DNA from: Eledone cirrhosa
Taxonomy: Eukaryota
DNA: 64,000 bases
Assembly: GCA_964016885.1 (NCBI GenBank)
Contig: OZ024740.1
Location: 350,858,001-350,922,000, forward strand
Reading direction: 5' to 3'
Both the position numbers and the translations under genes were made by a program. The notes under the pieces are model-generated. The model saw only the letters and a list, made by a program, of their open reading frames with translations. It was not told where the DNA came from and did no database searches. Positions 26,111 through 36,822 of the stretch are shown piece by piece (the stretch's first letter is position 1; each line of letters opens with the position of its first letter).

Positions 26111-29100
26111 TTCCTTGAATCTCAGTCATTGATGTTGGTTAACTGGAAAGTCCGTTGGATTGAATATCAAGCCACTACCTGCAGCCTCAGATATTCAGGA
26201 CGTATCGGAGGGTTCTTGCTGTTCCAAGCAAGCATGCCTTTTGAAGCGTTCCAAAAAGCGTGAAGGGGCCGATTTTCTTTAACCATCCCTGGAAACCTTT
26301 GGAGATAGTCCCCAGTGCGCCTATGACAATCGGGATCACTTTGACTTCATGGCAGTTCCAAAAACATTTCACCTCCCACTTTAGGTCCTGGTATCGGTTA
26401 ATTTTCTCCCTCTCCTTCTCTTACACTCTCGTGTCGAACGGGCAGGCCACATCCACAATCAGGCACGATCTTTTTTCTTTGTCCACAACCACCAGGTCAG
26501 GTCTATTGTGTTCCAGTTTTTTGTCCGTCTGTATCCTAAAATCCCACAGCACCTTCACCTGACTGTTCTCCATCACCGCCTCTGGCCTATGCTCATACCA
26601 TTTCTCAGAATGTGGTAGATTGTTTACTTTGCACAGGTGCCAGTGGATCACCCTGCCCATCACATCGTGTCTCCAGCCCTTATAGTGGGTCTGGGCTAGG
26701 TGTTTACACTCGGACACAATGTGAGCCACTGTCTCCTCTCTCTCTCCACAGATCCTGCACAGTGGGCTAGCCTCCTCCTTGTAGATATGGTGCTTCAACC
26801 ACTTCGTTTTGAGGGCCTGCTCCTGCGCAGCCATTAGCATTCCTTCTGTAGCCTTTTTGAGGTCTCCTCTTCTCAACCAGTTCCATGTCTGTGGATCTCT
26901 AAATTCAGTTTTCTCAAAGAAGGTACTATGAAGGGATTTTCCCTTAAGGCTGCTCTTCCTCCTTGATGTTATTTCCTCCTTGGACATCCCCTGGCCTACT
27001 GTCCCCTCCTTCAGTACAGTTCTGAGCATTGGCTCCTTACTATAGGTCACGTATTTGTATAGGTTGTTTTTCTCCATCTGAACACAGTCCTCTATGCTGA
27101 TAAGACCTCTTCCACCCTCAGATCTCCTTAGGTAGAGTCTATCGACATCACTCCTCTTGTGGAACACGTTGTAGATAGTCAATAGCTTCCTAGTCTTCCT
27201 ATCCATTTCTTTTTGTTCAGCAACATTCCATCTCAGAATTCCCGCACTGTACCTAATAATAGACACAGCTCGGGAATTTACTGCGCTTATGGCATTTCTG
27301 CTGTTCAGATGTGACTTCAATACGCTCCTTACTCTCCGAATGTATTCAGTTTTTAACAATTCCTTCATTTTTTTGTTCTTTATGCCATCAGCCTCCAGAA
27401 CGCCCAAATACTTGTATCCTTCCTCAGAGTCAATTTCCTTTATCATCTCACCTGTTGGTATCTGGATCCCGTTACTTCTGCTCAACCTACCCCTCTTCAT
27501 CACAATGACTCCACATTTACCAATACCAAACTGCATACATATATCACTGCTGAAAATACGGACAGTGTCAACAAGCACATCCAACTCCTTCTCACTTTTC
27601 CCGAAGAGCTTAAGATCGTCCATGAAGAGGAGGTGATTGATGGTAAGCTCTCCCCTTCCCAACTTGTATCCTGCTCTCACTTTTCGCAGCATAATGGTCA
27701 AGGGCATCAGGACAAGGACAAACAACAGAGGGGACAGGCTATCTCCCTGGAAGATACCTCTCTTGATCTTCACGCTTCCCAAGGATACTCCAGTTGATGT
27801 CAACTCTGTCTCCCAGGACCCCATACTCCTGCCCAGCAACTGTCTGATGTTATCTGCCACCCTGAAGACCTCCAGGCTTTTGGTGATCCAGGAATGAGGC
27901 ACCATGTCAAATGCCTTTCTGTAGTCTATCCATCCCATGGCAAGATCAGTGTGTCTCCTCCTGCAATTCCCCATTACCATCTTATCAATAAGCAACTGGT
28001 CCTTTGTACCACGTGACTTCTTTCGGCATCCTTTCTGTTCGTCCGGTAACAAGTTGTTTGTGTGGAGGTGATGGTAGATTTCCTCAGACACAATGCTCGT
28101 CAACAGTTTCCACATTACGGGCAGACATGTGATAGGTCTATAGTTGGTAACATCATTACCCTTGATTCGGTCTTTCATTATCAGAACTGTGGTACCTTCT
28201 GTCAACCACTCTGGCACCTCACCCGACACCAAGCAGTCATTGAACATGGCCGTCAGCTTCGGGTGGAGGGATGTTAAATGTTTAATCCAATACCCCTGCA
28301 CACTATCTGGGCCTGGTGATTTCCAGTTGGTTAGTTTTTTGGCTTGCCCCTTAAGAGTTTCAACTGTGATACTCAAATCAGTCTGTTGTTGTGCCTTCTC
28401 ACCGATCTCCCTCTGTACTGTCTCAATCCACCCTGCCTGGGCATTGTGTCTAACATCCTGCTCCCATATTCCTCTCCAGAATGTTTTAGCTTGTTCCGCC
28501 CCAGGGATCAAGTCGTTGCCTCTTTCTTTCCCCTCAAGCTGTCCAAACAGCATCTTCTGGTTGTTGTCGAACATGCGGTTCTGTTTATACTGACTGACTC
28601 TGTTCTCGTATCGCCTGATTTTGGCACTCTTTGCTACAATGCGTTGCTTCAATTCCTCTATGATAATATTTAGCTTTTTACTCCTAGTTTTGTATTTTAT
28701 TTCCAGTCTATTTTTAGTGCCTATGTTTTTTAGTGTCCCATTCAGTAGTGACTCAAGCTTTCCTATGTCATTTCTCATTTCCCCGATTTGCCCACTCAGT
28801 CGCTTCTTCCACCACGGCTCTGCTCTTTCTTGTCTGTTGTTTCCTCTCGCTTCTATACCAAGTAGTTTCCTCACCGTATTTGCTGTTGCTTTGAGGATAT
28901 TGTTGCACTGGTGAAGACTCCTCGCCTCAAGGTATGGGATGACTTTGTTTACCTTAGCTGTTGTTTCTTTTAACTTTTTCCTGTCTACAAATCTTAGGTT
29001 CATAGGTCTCCCACTATCATTGTTCAATTCATCTACCACTAGATTTAGGATGTCAACCGAATCTTGTCCTAGCCCGTCAGCATTCATCTCCTCAGTGGCC

Positions 29101-30296
29101 GTATCTCTGTTCCAGGTATTATTTATCTCAGTATTCAGATCATTGTCTGCTTCGGGTGGTTCCTCCGTTCTCAGGACCTCCTCACCTTCATTTCCCACCG
29201 GCTCGCTTGTCTGGCATACTACACCCGCCATCTCCAAGCCATTCTCTCTGCTCAGTTCCTCCAGTTCCAGCTCGCTTATCCACCCATTAGTTCTTATTAC
29301 CCGAGCCTGCCCGGCCAATTTTTGTTCATCTAATTTAAATAAACCAATCTCGTTCCAGATGTTATGCATCCGTCTCCTGTAGCCCCTCTCCTTGGGGTTA
29401 CTTTTCAGGTAGCATTGCATAACAGTTCTATTCAATTCTTTCGTCCAGTTGGTTCTGGCCCCTTTCCTTCTTCTTCTTCCTCCAACATCAGCAGTATTTG
29501 GTTGACAGTCAGGTTCCTGCTGCTGAGCCAGGGGGCACCTGTTGGGTGAGAGTCTGTCACATGACGTTCTAGTCTCCATTTCACCGTTATTCGAACTGTT
29601 TATGTTCGATATTTAAACACTCTTATCGAGGATTGGCGAATGTATGTTTACATAGCCATCTGTGGATCCGCCATCCCACTTGGCCCTTGTGTGGCATTAT
29701 CACCACGCTGTATAAGAACACACATAAACAAACAAACACACGGGCAGAGAGGGCCCCAAAAATGAATAAGCATAAGTTTCATTGTAATGTAGTATTCGAA
29801 TGTCTGACTTAGTTTTTGTTTTTTAAGTTTTACTTTTTCACCCCTCTTCTCTGTCCATCCGCCTGCTTCTCTCTTCATTCTTATTTTCTTTACGTTTTTG
29901 GGGTTTCTTTTTTTGTTTTTGTTTTTCTCTGTTTGTTTTTCTCGTTTTTTGCTGTTGTTGCTGTGCTGCTTTGGTTTTGTTGTTTGTTTTTTCTTTTTTC
30001 TTTTGAGTCTATCTATATATTTTGATGCCTTCCTCTTTGTTAGTAGCAGGGATTCTATAATGTGGAAGTAGTAGCAGCCAGCAGGGAGAAGTGGGAGAGG
30101 GCGGCGTTGGCGATACTGAGACAGTGGTGGTGGTGATGTCGATACCGAGGCAGTGGTGGCGGTGATGCGACCGTATTACTGTAGTGATGGTGCTGTAGCG
30201 GTGGCAGCAGCAGTGAAGGAGTCAAGGGGTGGTGGCGGCGGTGATGGGATAGTGGTGGTAATGATGGCCGTAGTGAGCGGTGGCGGTGAAGGTGAA
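26111..30296 (-). mobile_element. R4/Dong-like family A copy 2 (truncated in 5' region)
   Basis: Near-identical to copy 1 at an offset of 4595 bp; (TAA)n on both sides. Confidence 0.9.
26187..29579 (-). pseudogene. RT-RLE ORF (1130 codons, one in-frame TAA at 26421)
   Basis: Open for 1052 aa, then CAA>TAA inside the endonuclease domain; the frame continues to ...YVLNI*. Confidence 0.93.
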
Positions 30297-30313
30297 TATT
30301 ATTATTATTATTA

Positions 30314-33300
30314 TTTGCATTTATCTTGCTTTATGTTTATACGAGTTATCACCAAGTCACAACCAGTGACCTCAAGAGACAACAAGGTCCGCCATGTTCA
30401 AGAAAGAACACACATATTCACACATGCATCCTTAGTGTTTAGACTTGTGATGTACTTATATTGACAGGATCTTCCTTAGTATATGGGCAGTTCCCATTAG
30501 TACTATATTTTGTATTTCTCCTATACGCGGGTTTCCTGGGATTTGCGATAAGTAGTCGTTAGACCCCTTAGGTATCATTCCCAGAGCGCCTACAACCACT
30601 GGTATTGTTTTAGTTCTCAATTTCCACATTTTTCCAATTTCTATCTCCAGGTCCTTATACTTGCTCAATTTTTCAAATGTTTTTATAGATACATTCTTGT
30701 CTATTGGAACAGACATATCAATTAGCAGGCATACCCTCCTTTGAAAGTCCTTCAATATTATATCAGGTCTATTTGCATCTATTTTTCGGTCTGTTTGGAT
30801 GCTAAAGTTCCACAAGATTGAGATGTGATCTTTTTCAAGTATGGGAGGTGGTTGATGCTCCCACCAATTCTTTTGATGGGGCAGGTCAAAATGCTTGCAC
30901 ATTATCCAATGTATGTATTGTGCAGCTCTGTCATGCCTGTTTAGGTATTCGGTTGGAGCTATAGGACTGCACATTGAAATTATATGGTCAATGGTCTCTG
31001 GTTGTTTTTTGCATACACGGCATAATGGGCTGCACCCATTTTTTATTATGTTGGCTTGGTAATTTTTTGTTGGCAGACACTGATCTTGTGCGGATATAAT
31101 CAGTCCTTCAGTCTCCGATTTCAGTCCAGAGGATGCCAACCACTGATGGGTTAAAGTTTTGTCAACATCAGGATTGTTAGCTCGCTCTGGGTATTTTCCA
31201 TACAGAGGCTTTTCTTGCCATTTCTTAGCCAGTTTCTGTAGCAGTTCTTTCTTTGCAGTTACTTTTACCTGCTTTGCTTTTTCTGTGTTTTCCATTTCAG
31301 CAGTAAATGGGACTTCTGAAATTTGTAGTCCATTACTGTATCTTTGTGCATCTTTTGTAATGGAATATGATCTTTTGGTGCTTTCGTGTTTCAAAACGAG
31401 TTTGATCATCCAATCATGTGATTCCCTTAGATATGTGGATAATCCAATTGTTGCAGTTTTCAACGCAATGTCTAACTGGATTAACCCACGTCCTCCTTCT
31501 TTCCTAAGGAGATATATTCTATCTATGTCTGCCTTAGGGTGATGCATTCTGTGCATGGTTAAGAATTTTCGGATTTTTGTATCGAGCCTACGGATCTCTG
31601 TGCTTGACCAGTTGATGACATTGTAACTGTAGGTTACTACTGGTATGGCAAGCGTGTTTATGGCATCGATCCTATTCCTTGCATTCAATTCCGTTCTTAA
31701 GATTGCTCTGACTCTGCGGTAACATTCCTTCCTTATCCTTTTCCTCATTGTCGAGTGCTTGATTCCGTCTCCTTCACAAACACCTAGATATTTGTAAGTT
31801 TGTTCTTGATCAAGCTCTCTTATCACGTTCCCCCGATCAAGATTAATGTCTGAACTCTTCAGCAGCTTTCCTCTGGTGAACGTTGCTTTGGCGCATTTAT
31901 CCAGTCCAAACTCCATTTTAATGTCATCACTGAACTGCTTCACAGTGGATAATAGCCCTTGCAATTGTTCATCATTTTTTGCAAATAGTTTCAGGTCATC
32001 CATGTAGAACAGGTGATTAATGGTTTTGTCATAGACTCTATATCCATGTTTTGTTTCATTGAGCATTTTACTTAATGGTATAAGTGCGATGCAGAATAAA
32101 AGCGGTGATAAAGAGTCACCCTGAAAAATTCCACAATTAATGTTAACTTCTCCAGCTTCCAGTGATTTTGTTTCACTATTCAAAAGGAGTGTCGTTCTCC
32201 ATGTCCTCATACTGAATGACAAAAACCTCCTGATAACGGGGGATATTTTGAAAATCTCTAAACATTTTTCAATCCAACTGTGTGGCAAACTATCAAATGC
32301 TTTTTTATAATCTATCCAAGCAATCGATAGATTTTTGTGTCTATTATGACAATCTTCCAGTATCATTTTGTTAACCAGAAGCTGATCCTTACAGCCATAT
32401 GAGCCTCGTTTACACCCTTTCTGCTCAATGGGAAATAGGTCATTTGTTATCAGGTGGTCATATGTGTATTCAGTTAGGACTGATGTTAAAATTTTATACA
32501 TTGTGGTCAAGCAGGTTATCGGTCTGTAACTTTTGGGATTGTTTGTCTCATCATTCTTCGGTAGCAGGAATGTAATGCCGTTAACTAGCCATGATGGTAT
32601 CTTTTCTGGCTCCTTAACTATTTCATTGTAAAGTTGGGCTAACAGCTCATGAGACTCTGTGAAGGCATTTATCCAAAAGTTTTGTATTTTGTCTTTTCCT
32701 GGGGATTTCCATTTGCTGGTTTTTCTTAGAGCCAAGCGCAGCTGTTCAACTGTTATATTTTCCCATGTTTGTTCTTCAAGGTGAGCTGTTTCTTTCATTT
32801 GTCTGTCTATCCATGGGGCATGTATGTTATGAACTTTTTCTTCGGCCCAGATCTTTTCCCAGAATTCTTGCACTTCCTCCTTGGGTGGTATTGATTTAGC
32901 AGTTATTGTTGACTTACCAATTTTTCTGTAGAAGTTTCTTTGGTTGTTTTTGAACATATTATTGTCCTTATAGAATCTAGATCGTTTTTCAAAGCGCCTT
33001 ATACGAGCAGCTTTGGCCGACACTTTTTGCTTGATTGTTTCTATCAGCATGTCTATGTCACATGTTGATCTTATACTGTACTTTTTTTTCAATTTTCTAA
33101 GTTTAGTTTGTTTAACATGTTCACCTACTTTATAGTTTGTTAAAATTTCTATGTCAGATCGGAGAAGGTTTATTTGGCGATTGATGTTATCTTGCCAAGT
33201 AGATTTCTTGTGGGAATTCCTTTGTTTTTTCATCTTCACTCCACATAAGTGAGTGGTGACTTTAGCCGATGCATAATAGAGATGATTTAAGTCAGTAATG

Positions 33301-34217
33301 CTTAGTTTGTTTGTGATGATAATGTTTTTGAGAATTATGTTAGTCTTGTGTATTATCTTTTGGTTCTGTTTGGAGTTCTGGATCTTAGGGAGGGTGTCTC
33401 GTTCCCCCATGTCAGATTCTTTCATTTTCATCCATTCGATCATAATTTCATCCTTCAAGTTGGCAAGTTCATTCTCATTCATTTCTTTATCATTTACGAT
33501 CTCATTATTTTCATTTGGAGTTTCATCCTGAGCATGCACTCCCTTCACTTTTTCGCTCCTTTCTTTAATTTGTTCTGTTGCCAGTGATTCCGCCCCAACT
33601 CTGGGATTCGAAGTGTTACAGTTTACCTCGTTTTCACTGACACATGCTTCATTTTCCCTTCGCTGACTTTGTGCTACTAGCTTGATCTGATCAATTTCTA
33701 TATCAGTTAGTAACTTTTTTCTTACAATATTTCTTCGTATATTGGCTAGTTTGTTACTGTCAATATAGCCTCTGTTTTCGGGATGTTTCTTTTTCCAGTT
33801 GATATATGTTTGCTCTGTATTCGATTTATTTGATGGGTAGTACATGGCAGTGTAGAAAGCCTCAAGGACTTCTTTATTATCTTCCCTTGACCATTTTTCT
33901 CTCTTTTTCTTTGGATTTCTTGGTGGTGAGCATGGAGGGCCAACAGTAGGAGTATTCCGGTTATGGGAGGTCTCCAGCTCCGAAGTGATGGGAAGGTTTG
34001 AACCATTAGCTGATTTTTCGACCCCAGTCTGGTTCCTCTCTGAGGGACGCGGCCCCTTTTTACCCGGGTGACGGCCGATCCGGTATGAGATTTCATCATT
34101 AGACATCTACTTTATTTTGTCGCGTTTTATCCTTATCCGCCAAGGGGTAATCTTTTCGTGTTACCACTTCTAGAACGAGTGTCAACCAAGACTAGAGGGG
34201 TCGTTCTCCCCTAGAGA
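30314..34217 (-). mobile_element. R4/Dong-like RLE retrotransposon, family B, apparently complete
   Basis: ~110-nt 5'UTR, intact ORF and ~140-nt 3'UTR; (TAA)n on both sides. Confidence 0.9.
30456..34106 (-). CDS. Intact 1216-aa reverse transcriptase / zinc knuckle / restriction-like endonuclease polyprotein
   Basis: YRPITCL, DYKKAFD, GIFQGDSLSP, FYMDD, YKYLG, CRVCKKQPETIDHIISMC, RHD, RPDIILKD...IDMSVP...K..KY. Confidence 0.95.
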   Translation of the reverse strand: MSNDEISYRIGRHPGKKGPRPSERNQTGVEKSANGSNLPITSELETSHNRNTPTVGPPCSPPRNPKKKREKWSREDNKEVLEAFYTAMYYPSNKSNTEQTYINWKKKHPENRGYIDSNKLANIRRNIVRKKLLTDIEIDQIKLVAQSQRRENEACVSENEVNCNTSNPRVGAESLATEQIKERSEKVKGVHAQDETPNENNEIVNDKEMNENELANLKDEIMIEWMKMKESDMGERDTLPKIQNSKQNQKIIHKTNIILKNIIITNKLSITDLNHLYYASAKVTTHLCGVKMKKQRNSHKKSTWQDNINRQINLLRSDIEILTNYKVGEHVKQTKLRKLKKKYSIRSTCDIDMLIETIKQKVSAKAARIRRFEKRSRFYKDNNMFKNNQRNFYRKIGKSTITAKSIPPKEEVQEFWEKIWAEEKVHNIHAPWIDRQMKETAHLEEQTWENITVEQLRLALRKTSKWKSPGKDKIQNFWINAFTESHELLAQLYNEIVKEPEKIPSWLVNGITFLLPKNDETNNPKSYRPITCLTTMYKILTSVLTEYTYDHLITNDLFPIEQKGCKRGSYGCKDQLLVNKMILEDCHNRHKNLSIAWIDYKKAFDSLPHSWIEKCLEIFKISPVIRRFLSFSMRTWRTTLLLNSETKSLEAGEVNINCGIFQGDSLSPLLFCIALIPLSKMLNETKHGYRVYDKTINHLFYMDDLKLFAKNDEQLQGLLSTVKQFSDDIKMEFGLDKCAKATFTRGKLLKSSDINLDRGNVIRELDQEQTYKYLGVCEGDGIKHSTMRKRIRKECYRRVRAILRTELNARNRIDAINTLAIPVVTYSYNVINWSSTEIRRLDTKIRKFLTMHRMHHPKADIDRIYLLRKEGGRGLIQLDIALKTATIGLSTYLRESHDWMIKLVLKHESTKRSYSITKDAQRYSNGLQISEVPFTAEMENTEKAKQVKVTAKKELLQKLAKKWQEKPLYGKYPERANNPDVDKTLTHQWLASSGLKSETEGLIISAQDQCLPTKNYQANIIKNGCSPLCRVCKKQPETIDHIISMCSPIAPTEYLNRHDRAAQYIHWIMCKHFDLPHQKNWWEHQPPPILEKDHISILWNFSIQTDRKIDANRPDIILKDFQRRVCLLIDMSVPIDKNVSIKTFEKLSKYKDLEIEIGKMWKLRTKTIPVVVGALGMIPKGSNDYLSQIPGNPRIGEIQNIVLMGTAHILRKILSI

Positions 34218-34242
34218 ATTATTATTATTATTATTATTATTA

Positions 34243-34908
34243 TTCCTTGAATCTCAGTCATTGATGTTAGTTAACTGGAAAGTCCGTTGGAATGAATATC
34301 AAGCCACTACCTGCAGCCTCATATATTCAGGACGTATCGGAGGGTTCTTGCTGTTCCCAGCAAGCATGCCTTTTGAAGCGTTCCAAAAAGCGTAAAGGGG
34401 CCGATTTTCTTTAACCATCCCTGGAAACTTTTGGAGATAGTCCCCAGTGCGCCCATGACAATCGGGATCACTTTGACTTCATGGCAGTTCCAAATCCTTT
34501 TTACCTCCCACTTTAAGTCCTGGTATCGGTTAATTTTCTCCCTCACCTTCTCTTGCACTCTCGTGTCGAATGGGCAGGCCACATCCACAATCAGACACGA
34601 TCTTTTTTCTTTGTCCAAAACTTATGCTCATACCATTTCTCAGAATGTGGTAAATTGTTTACTTTGCACAGGTGCCAGTGGATCACCCTGCCCATCACAT
34701 CCTGTCTCCAGCCCTTATAGTGGGTCTGGGCTAGGTGTTTACACTCGGATAAAATGTGAGCCACAGTATCCTCTCTCTCTCCACAGATCCTGCACAGTGG
34801 GCTAGCCTCCTCCTTGTAAATATGGTGTTTCAACCACTTCGTTTTGAGGGCCTGCTCCTGCGCAGCCATTAACATTCCTTCTGTAGCCTTTTTAAGGTCT
34901 CCTCCTCT
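34243..34908 (-). mobile_element. 5'-truncated Dong-like family A copy with internal deletion near 34620
   Basis: Matches the family A 3' end; (ATT)n flanks. Confidence 0.9.
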
Positions 34909-34928
34909 TATTATTATTATTATTACAG

Positions 34929-34947
34929 TTGCATTTATCTTGCTTTA
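34929..34947 (-). mobile_element. ~19-bp extreme 3' remnant of Dong-like family B
   Basis: ttgcatttatcttgcttta is identical to 30314-30332 and lies within (ATT)n. Confidence 0.65.
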
Positions 34948-34980
34948 TTATTATTATTATTATTATTATTGTTATTGTTA

Positions 34981-36533
34981 TTCCTTGAATCTCAGTCATT
35001 GATGTTGGTTAACTGGAAAGTCCGTTGGATTGAATATCAAGCCACTACCTGCAGCCTCAGATATTCAGGACGTATCGGAGGGTTCTTGCTGTTCCAAGCA
35101 AGCATGCCTTTTGAAGCGTTCCAAAACGCGTGAAGGGGCCGATTTTCTTTAACCATCCCTGGAAACTTTTGGAGATAATCCCCAGTGCGCCTATGACAAT
35201 CGGGATCACTTTGACTTCATGGCAGTTCCAAATCCTTTTCACCTCCCACTTTAGGTCCTGGTATCGGTTAATTTTCTCCCTCTCCTTCTCTTGCACTCTC
35301 GTGTCGAACGGGCAGGCCACATCCACAATCAGGCACGATCTTTTTTCTTTGTCCACAACCACCAGGTCAGGTATATTGTGTTCCAGTTTTTTGTCCGTCT
35401 GTATCCTAAAATCCCACAGCACCTTCACCTGATTATTCTCCATCACCGCCTCTGGCCTATGCTCATACCATTTCTCAGAATGTGGTAGATTGTTTACTTT
35501 GCACAGGTGCCAGTGGATCACCCTGCCCATCACATCGTGTCTCCAGCCCTTATAGTGGGTCTGGGCTAGGTGTTTACACTCGGACACAATGTGAGCCACA
35601 GTCTCCTCTCTCTCTCCACTGATCCTGCACCTTGTAGATATGGTGCTTCAACCACTTCGTTTTGAGGGCCTGCTCCTGCGCAGCCATTAGCATTCCTTCT
35701 GTAGCCTTTTTGAGGTCTCCTCTTCTCAACCAGTTCCATGTCTGTGGATCTCTAAATTCAGTTTTCTCAAAGAAGGTACTATGAAGGGATTTTCCCTTAA
35801 GGCTGCTCTTCCTCCTTGATGTTATTTCCTCCCTGGACATCCCCTGGCCTACTGTCCCCTCCTTCAGTACAGCTCTGAGCATTGGCTCCTTACTATAGGT
35901 CACGTATTTGTATAGGTTGTTTTTCTCCATCTGAACACAGTCCTCTATGCTGATAAGACCTCTTCCACCCTCAGATCTCCTTAGGTAGAGTCTATCGACA
36001 TCACTCCTCTTGTGGAACATGTTGTAGATAGTCAATAGCTTCCTAGTCTTCCTATCCATTTCTTTTTGTTCAGCAACATTCCATCTCAGAATTCCCGCAC
36101 TGTACCTAATAATAGACACAGCTCGGGAATTTACAGCGCTTATGGCATTTCTGCTGTTCAGATGTGACTTCAATACGCTCCTTACTCTCCGAATGTATTC
36201 AGTTCTTAACAATTCCTTCATTTTTTTGTTCTTTATGCCATCAGCCTCCAGAACGCCCAAATACTTGTATCCTTCCTCAGAGTCAATTTCCTTTATCATC
36301 TCACCTGTTGGTATCTGGATCCCGTTACTTCTGCTCAACCTACCCCTCTTCATCACAATGACTCCACATTTACCAATACCAAACTGCATACATATATCAC
36401 TGCTGAAAATACGGACAGTGTCAACAAGCACATCCAACTCCTTCTCACTTTTCCCGTAGAGCTTAAGATCGTCCATGAAGAGGAGGTGATTGATGGTAAG
36501 CTCTCCCCTTCCCAACTTGTATCCTGCTCTCAC
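34981..36533 (-). mobile_element. 5'-truncated Dong-like family A copy
   Basis: Covers FMDD to the 3' end, with a small deletion/frameshift near 35625; (ATT)n at 36534-36600. Confidence 0.9.
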
Positions 36534-36600
<67 letters not shown>

Positions 36601-36601
<1 letters not shown>

Positions 36602-36790
36602 GATGGATTGGCAGTATAGGTAGAGGGTTGAAGGCCATGCTTTACAGCACAGTTACGTCCCTTTACGGACTGAGTTCAAATCCCGCCGAGGTTAACTTTG
36701 CTTTTCATCCTTACGGGGTCGATAAAATAAAGTACCAGTAATACACCGGGATAATTGCTGGCCTTGTGCCAAAAGTAGAAACAATTGTTA
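36601..36790 (+). mobile_element. Nin/Deu-core SINE with (ATT)n tail
   Basis: Matches the 44571 copy. Confidence 0.9.
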
Positions 36791-36822
36791 TTATTATTAT
36801 TATTATTATTATAATTATTATT

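Noticed and set aside
21665-29549. Numerous plus-strand ORFs repeated in both Dong-A copies, and antisense ORFs within the Tx1 copies
   Set aside because: They are shadow frames of the RT ORFs; their recurrence reflects copy identity only.
35574-36638. 354-aa ORF with an N-terminal poly-Ile stretch that looks like a signal or TM segment fused to RT
   Set aside because: It is a chance read-through from the antisense SINE across (ATA)n into a truncated LINE.
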